From Usitatibacter sp. (GTDB lineage: Bacteria; Pseudomonadota; Gammaproteobacteria; Burkholderiales; Usitatibacteraceae): a stretch of DNA of 64,000 nt. Both the position numbers and the translations under genes were made by a program. Location: NCBI GenBank assembly GCA_035605915.1, contig DATNGJ010000026.1:79669-143668 (forward strand), given 5' to 3'. This document shows, piece after piece, positions 61,033-64,000 of this stretch. The notes beneath the pieces were generated by a model. It had not been told where the DNA came from. It did not search any database and saw only the letters and a program-made list of their open reading frames with translations. Positions within the stretch are counted from its first letter, which is position 1. Every line of letters begins with the position of its first letter.

Positions 61033-61724
61033 GAAGCGCCCTCGCCTTCCTGCTCCTTTGCCTCGCCTCATCGGCCGCGCTCGCGCTGCCGACCAGCATC
61101 GACGCCGAGTACAACCTCGTCACCACCGGGCTCACCATCGGCCATGTGTCGGAAACCTATTCGCGCACCGGCGACCAGTACGCCATCCGCAGCGTCGCGC
61201 GCTCCGAGGGCATCCTCAAGCTCTTCCTCGACGACCAGCTCACGATGCAGAGCTCCGGCCGCGTGGTCGCGGGCGGGCTGCAGCCGCTCGAGTTCGCGGA
61301 ACACCGTACCAACAGCGCGAAGGGCGCGGTGAAGGCCACGTTCGATTGGAGCCGCGGCGTGATGCGCACGCAGTACGGCGACAACGACAAGGAGGTGCCG
61401 CTGCCGCAGGCCACGCAGGACCGCATCTCCGTGATGTACCAGTTCATGAACCTCAAGCCGGGTGCCGGTACCGTGACGATGCCGATGTCGAACGGCAAGA
61501 AGGTGGAGCTCTACACCTATCGCTTCGTGGACGAGCAGCAGCTCGACACGCCCGCCGGAAAGTTCGACACCCTGCACTACGAGCGCGTGACCACGGGTCC
61601 GAAGGAAAGCAAGGCGCAGGTCTGGCTCGCCAAGGACCGCTTCAATTTCCCGGTGCGCGTGGTGTTCGACGATCCCAAGGGCCTGCGCGTCGAGCAGATC
61701 CTCGTCGGCCTGCAGGCGCACTGA
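61029..61724 (+). CDS. DUF3108-family protein (secreted)
   Basis: The ATG at 61029 overlaps the purN stop. Signal peptide, then ...IDAEYNLVTTGLTIGHVSETY......YQFMN.......V.LYTYRF......T.AGKFDTLHY.R, as I remember DUF3108. Confidence 0.65.
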   Translation: MRSALAFLLLCLASSAALALPTSIDAEYNLVTTGLTIGHVSETYSRTGDQYAIRSVARSEGILKLFLDDQLTMQSSGRVVAGGLQPLEFAEHRTNSAKGAVKATFDWSRGVMRTQYGDNDKEVPLPQATQDRISVMYQFMNLKPGAGTVTMPMSNGKKVELYTYRFVDEQQLDTPAGKFDTLHYERVTTGPKESKAQVWLAKDRFNFPVRVVFDDPKGLRVEQILVGLQAH

Positions 61725-61730
61725 GGGCGC

Positions 61731-62822
61731 ATGCCCCGCGCCGCCGCCACGCTCTCGCGCTACCGCTTCCTCGCGGTCGCGCTCACGGCCTCCGCGGCGC
61801 TGCACGCGGCGCTCTTCGCCACGCTGCCTTCGCCGCCGGATGCGGCGGAGCCCGTGGCCCGACCTTTCTCGGCCGAGCTGCTTCCGCCCCCGCCCGCACC
61901 CGCGCCGGTCGAAGCGCAGCCCGCGCCGAAGCGCGTGGCGCCGAAGCGCCCGCGACGCCTCGCGCGCAAGACGCAGCCCGTGGCGCTGAAAGCAGCGCCT
62001 GCCATGCCGAAGCTCCTCGCCGCCATCGCGCATTCGGCGGACTTGCCGCGGGTCGCCCCGCCGGCGCCCGAGGCGCCCCCGGCGCCGCCGCCTCCCGCGC
62101 CGCTCGCGCTGGCGGAGCCGATCATCCCGTGGATGCCCGCGATGCCGCCGCCGGCGCCGGAGCCCGCGCCCTTTCCCATGGAGGGGCTGCCGGAGCGGCT
62201 CTCGATCGATTACCGGCTCTCGACCGGGCCGCTCACCGCGCACGCCGTGTACCGCTGGCGCCGCAAGGGCGATACCTACCGCATCATCGGCGAGGGCGAG
62301 GCGACCGGGCTCTTCCGCGTGTTCATGGACGGCACCATCCTCCAGGAAAGCGAGGGAACCATCACCGCCGTGGGGCTGCGCCCCGAGCGGTTCCTCGAGA
62401 AGCGCAGCGGAGCGGACGACGAGGGACTCGATTTCGACTGGGTGAGGCACGAGGTGACGCTCGAGCGCGGCGAGAAGCACAAGACCGTGAAGCTCGCCGA
62501 CGACACGGTGGACTGGCTCACCATGATCTTCCAGCTCGCGAGCGTGCCGCCGCGCTCCGACGGCCAGTCGCTCGACCTGCACGTCTTCACGCAGCGCAAG
62601 CTCTACGACTTCGCGCTCAAGGTCATCGGCCTCGAGGACATCGAGATCCCGCTCGGCAAGGTGCGTGCGCTGCACCTGCGGCACGTCGATCCGGACGACG
62701 GCGACGTGATCGACGTCTGGCTCGGCGTGGACCAGCACTACCTTCCGGTGAAGATGCGCTATCCGGTCGCCAGGATGAAGCTCATGGTGGAGCAATCCGC
62801 CGCGCGCATCTCGGAGCGCTGA
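61731..62822 (+). CDS. DUF3108-domain protein with N-terminal TM anchor and long proline-rich linker
   Basis: It has a TM segment (FLAVALTASAALHAALFATL) and about 130 aa of Pro/Ala-rich sequence (PPPPAPAPV.., PPAPEAPPAPPPPAP). The C-terminal domain is paralogous in pattern to the preceding gene (..SIDYRLS..., ..WLTMIFQL., ..LYDFALKV..). Confidence 0.6.
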   Translation: MPRAAATLSRYRFLAVALTASAALHAALFATLPSPPDAAEPVARPFSAELLPPPPAPAPVEAQPAPKRVAPKRPRRLARKTQPVALKAAPAMPKLLAAIAHSADLPRVAPPAPEAPPAPPPPAPLALAEPIIPWMPAMPPPAPEPAPFPMEGLPERLSIDYRLSTGPLTAHAVYRWRRKGDTYRIIGEGEATGLFRVFMDGTILQESEGTITAVGLRPERFLEKRSGADDEGLDFDWVRHEVTLERGEKHKTVKLADDTVDWLTMIFQLASVPPRSDGQSLDLHVFTQRKLYDFALKVIGLEDIEIPLGKVRALHLRHVDPDDGDVIDVWLGVDQHYLPVKMRYPVARMKLMVEQSAARISER

Positions 62823-62823
62823 G

Positions 62824-64000
62824 ATGGCCATCGCGCGCCCGCAGCTGGAGGCGATCGTCGCCGCGCTCACCGTAGCGCTGCCGGCGCGCGAGCCCGCGGA
62901 CACGGTCCTCAACCGGTATTTCCGCGAGCACCGCAACCTCGGCCAGCGCGACCGCGCGCTCGTCGCGGATACCGTGTACGCGGCGCTGCGCCGCCGCCGG
63001 CTGCTGGAAGCGTCCACGCCGAGCGCGAGTCCGCGCGAGATCGCCCTCGCCGCGCTCGTGAAGCTGCAGGGTGTGGGGCTCGCGCAGATCGAGGCGGGCC
63101 TGCGTCCCGGCGAGAAGGAATGGCTCGCCGCGCTCAAGGCGCGCGACCTCGACTCCCTTCCCTACGAGCTGCGCGCCGATCTTCCGGACTGGGTGATCGA
63201 GCGCCTGCGCCCGGTGCTCGGCGACGAGGCGCTCCTCGCGCTCGCCCGCGGGCTGCAGGAGCCGGCGCCGCTCGACCTGCGGGTCAACACGATGAAGGCG
63301 CCGCGCGAAGCGGTCCTCGACCGACTCGAGTACGACGAGATCCCCGCGGAGCCCACGCGCCATTCGCCCATCGGCGTGCGCGTGCGCGGCAAGCCCGCGC
63401 TCAACAAGCACCCGATGTTCCTCGACGGCGCGGTCGAGGTGCAGGACGAGGGCAGCCAGCTCCTCGGCATGCTGGTGCAGCCCAGGCGCGGCGAGATGGT
63501 GGTCGATTTCTGCGCCGGCGCCGGCGGCAAGACGCTGCAGATGGGTGCCGCCATGGGATCGAGCGGGCGTCTCTACGCATTCGACGTCTCGGAGCGGCGC
63601 CTCGACAACCTCGCCCCGCGCCTCAAGCGCTCGGGGCTCTCGAACGTCTTCCCGCAGCGCATCGCCGGCGAGAACGACGCGAAGGTGAAGCGCCTGCGCG
63701 GCAAGATCGACCGCGTGCTGGTCGACGCGCCGTGCACCGGGCTCGGGACGCTGCGGCGCAATCCGGACCTCAAGTCGCGCCAGACCGCCGAGGGGCTCGC
63801 GGAGCTCAACGCGAAGCAGCGGGCGATCCTCGATTCGGCCGCCACGCTGGTGAAGCCGGGCGGGCGCCTCGTCTACGGCACGTGCAGCCTGCTGCCGGAG
63901 GAGAACGAGAAGATCGTCGAGGCGTTCCTCGCCGCGCATGCGCAGTTCCAGCTGGTCCCCGCTGCGGCCGTGCTCGACAAGCAGGGCGTGCGCCTTCCCA
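62824..64000 (+). CDS. rsmB: 16S rRNA (cytosine-C5)-methyltransferase RsmB/Sun family; 3' end outside the window
   Basis: My own translation from the ATG at 62824 shows an N-terminal NusB-like region (..NRYFREHRNLGQRDRALVADTVY..). The SAM-MTase core follows: VEVQDEGSQL...VVDFCAGAGGKT...DRVLVDAPCTGLGTLRRNPD...GGRLVYGTCSL. The frame is open to the end of the window. Confidence 0.85.
   Translation, partial: MAIARPQLEAIVAALTVALPAREPADTVLNRYFREHRNLGQRDRALVADTVYAALRRRRLLEASTPSASPREIALAALVKLQGVGLAQIEAGLRPGEKEWLAALKARDLDSLPYELRADLPDWVIERLRPVLGDEALLALARGLQEPAPLDLRVNTMKAPREAVLDRLEYDEIPAEPTRHSPIGVRVRGKPALNKHPMFLDGAVEVQDEGSQLLGMLVQPRRGEMVVDFCAGAGGKTLQMGAAMGSSGRLYAFDVSERRLDNLAPRLKRSGLSNVFPQRIAGENDAKVKRLRGKIDRVLVDAPCTGLGTLRRNPDLKSRQTAEGLAELNAKQRAILDSAATLVKPGGRLVYGTCSLLPEENEKIVEAFLAAHAQFQLVPAAAVLDKQGVRLP

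Overview
This is a 64-kb, very GC-rich (strong GC3 bias) and gene-dense stretch that reads like core proteobacterial chromosome rather than an accessory island. Supporting signs are a Bug/TctC-type binding protein, a NodT lipoprotein and pcnB-folK adjacency as in E. coli. All calls come from reading the sequence and ORF translations; no database search was possible, so family names rest on remembered motifs.

I can support about 60 protein genes, many joined by 1-14 nt start/stop overlaps. I found no rRNA, tRNA, CRISPR array, transposase, integrase or phage gene.

Gene content, in order:
- queE (partial).
- A marR-OMF-emrA-emrB efflux operon with a near-consensus promoter and operator.
- cspA, mtfA, a VOC protein and a Bug-family binding protein.
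- An orphan KaiC-like ATPase coupled to a pseudo-receiver/hybrid histidine kinase, preceded by a YafY/WYL regulator.
- CBS and DoxX proteins and a YeiH-like transporter.
- A second efflux locus arranged emrA-like, usp, emrB-like.
- An NfeD/SPFH pair lying divergent to a class III nucleotidyl cyclase-PilZ fusion, which is coupled to a secreted Spy/CpxP-like protein.
- A run of organic-acid enzymes: LigI-like amidohydrolase, IDH-like, IlvD/Edd dehydratase and tartrate dehydrogenase.
- An MFS plus acyl-CoA synthetase pair.
- A GntR-controlled cluster of unknown substrate: ABC importer, PdxA-like, PrpD-like, fluoroacetate-dehalogenase-like hydrolase, family III CoA-transferase and crotonase.
- A tightly packed minus-strand gene string: hda, HAD, pcnB, folK, dNK, panB, panC, CoA-transferase, SMP-30.
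- nadA and an oxalate/formate-type MFS.
- A decayed ECF sigma / ZAS / TonB_C locus.
- purMN, two DUF3108 genes and rsmB (partial).

The points most worth a second look:
- The KaiC-like/kinase module, which has no kaiA or kaiB nearby.
- The cyclase-PilZ fusion.
- The orphan catabolic cluster with a candidate defluorinase.
- Three gene-decay events: a sigma factor lacking region 4, a frameshifted TonB_C gene, and a dienelactone-hydrolase remnant with a large internal deletion.
- Several families of small structured repeats that supply stop codons or C-terminal tails to flanking genes. These include a 142-bp element built from GCCGAT modules spaced 10-11 bp apart, and an AT-rich perfect 21-bp inverted repeat inside the ABC operon.

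The very long Arg/Ala/Gly-rich ORFs in the six-frame track are antisense or out-of-frame shadows typical of high-GC DNA, and I did not annotate them.
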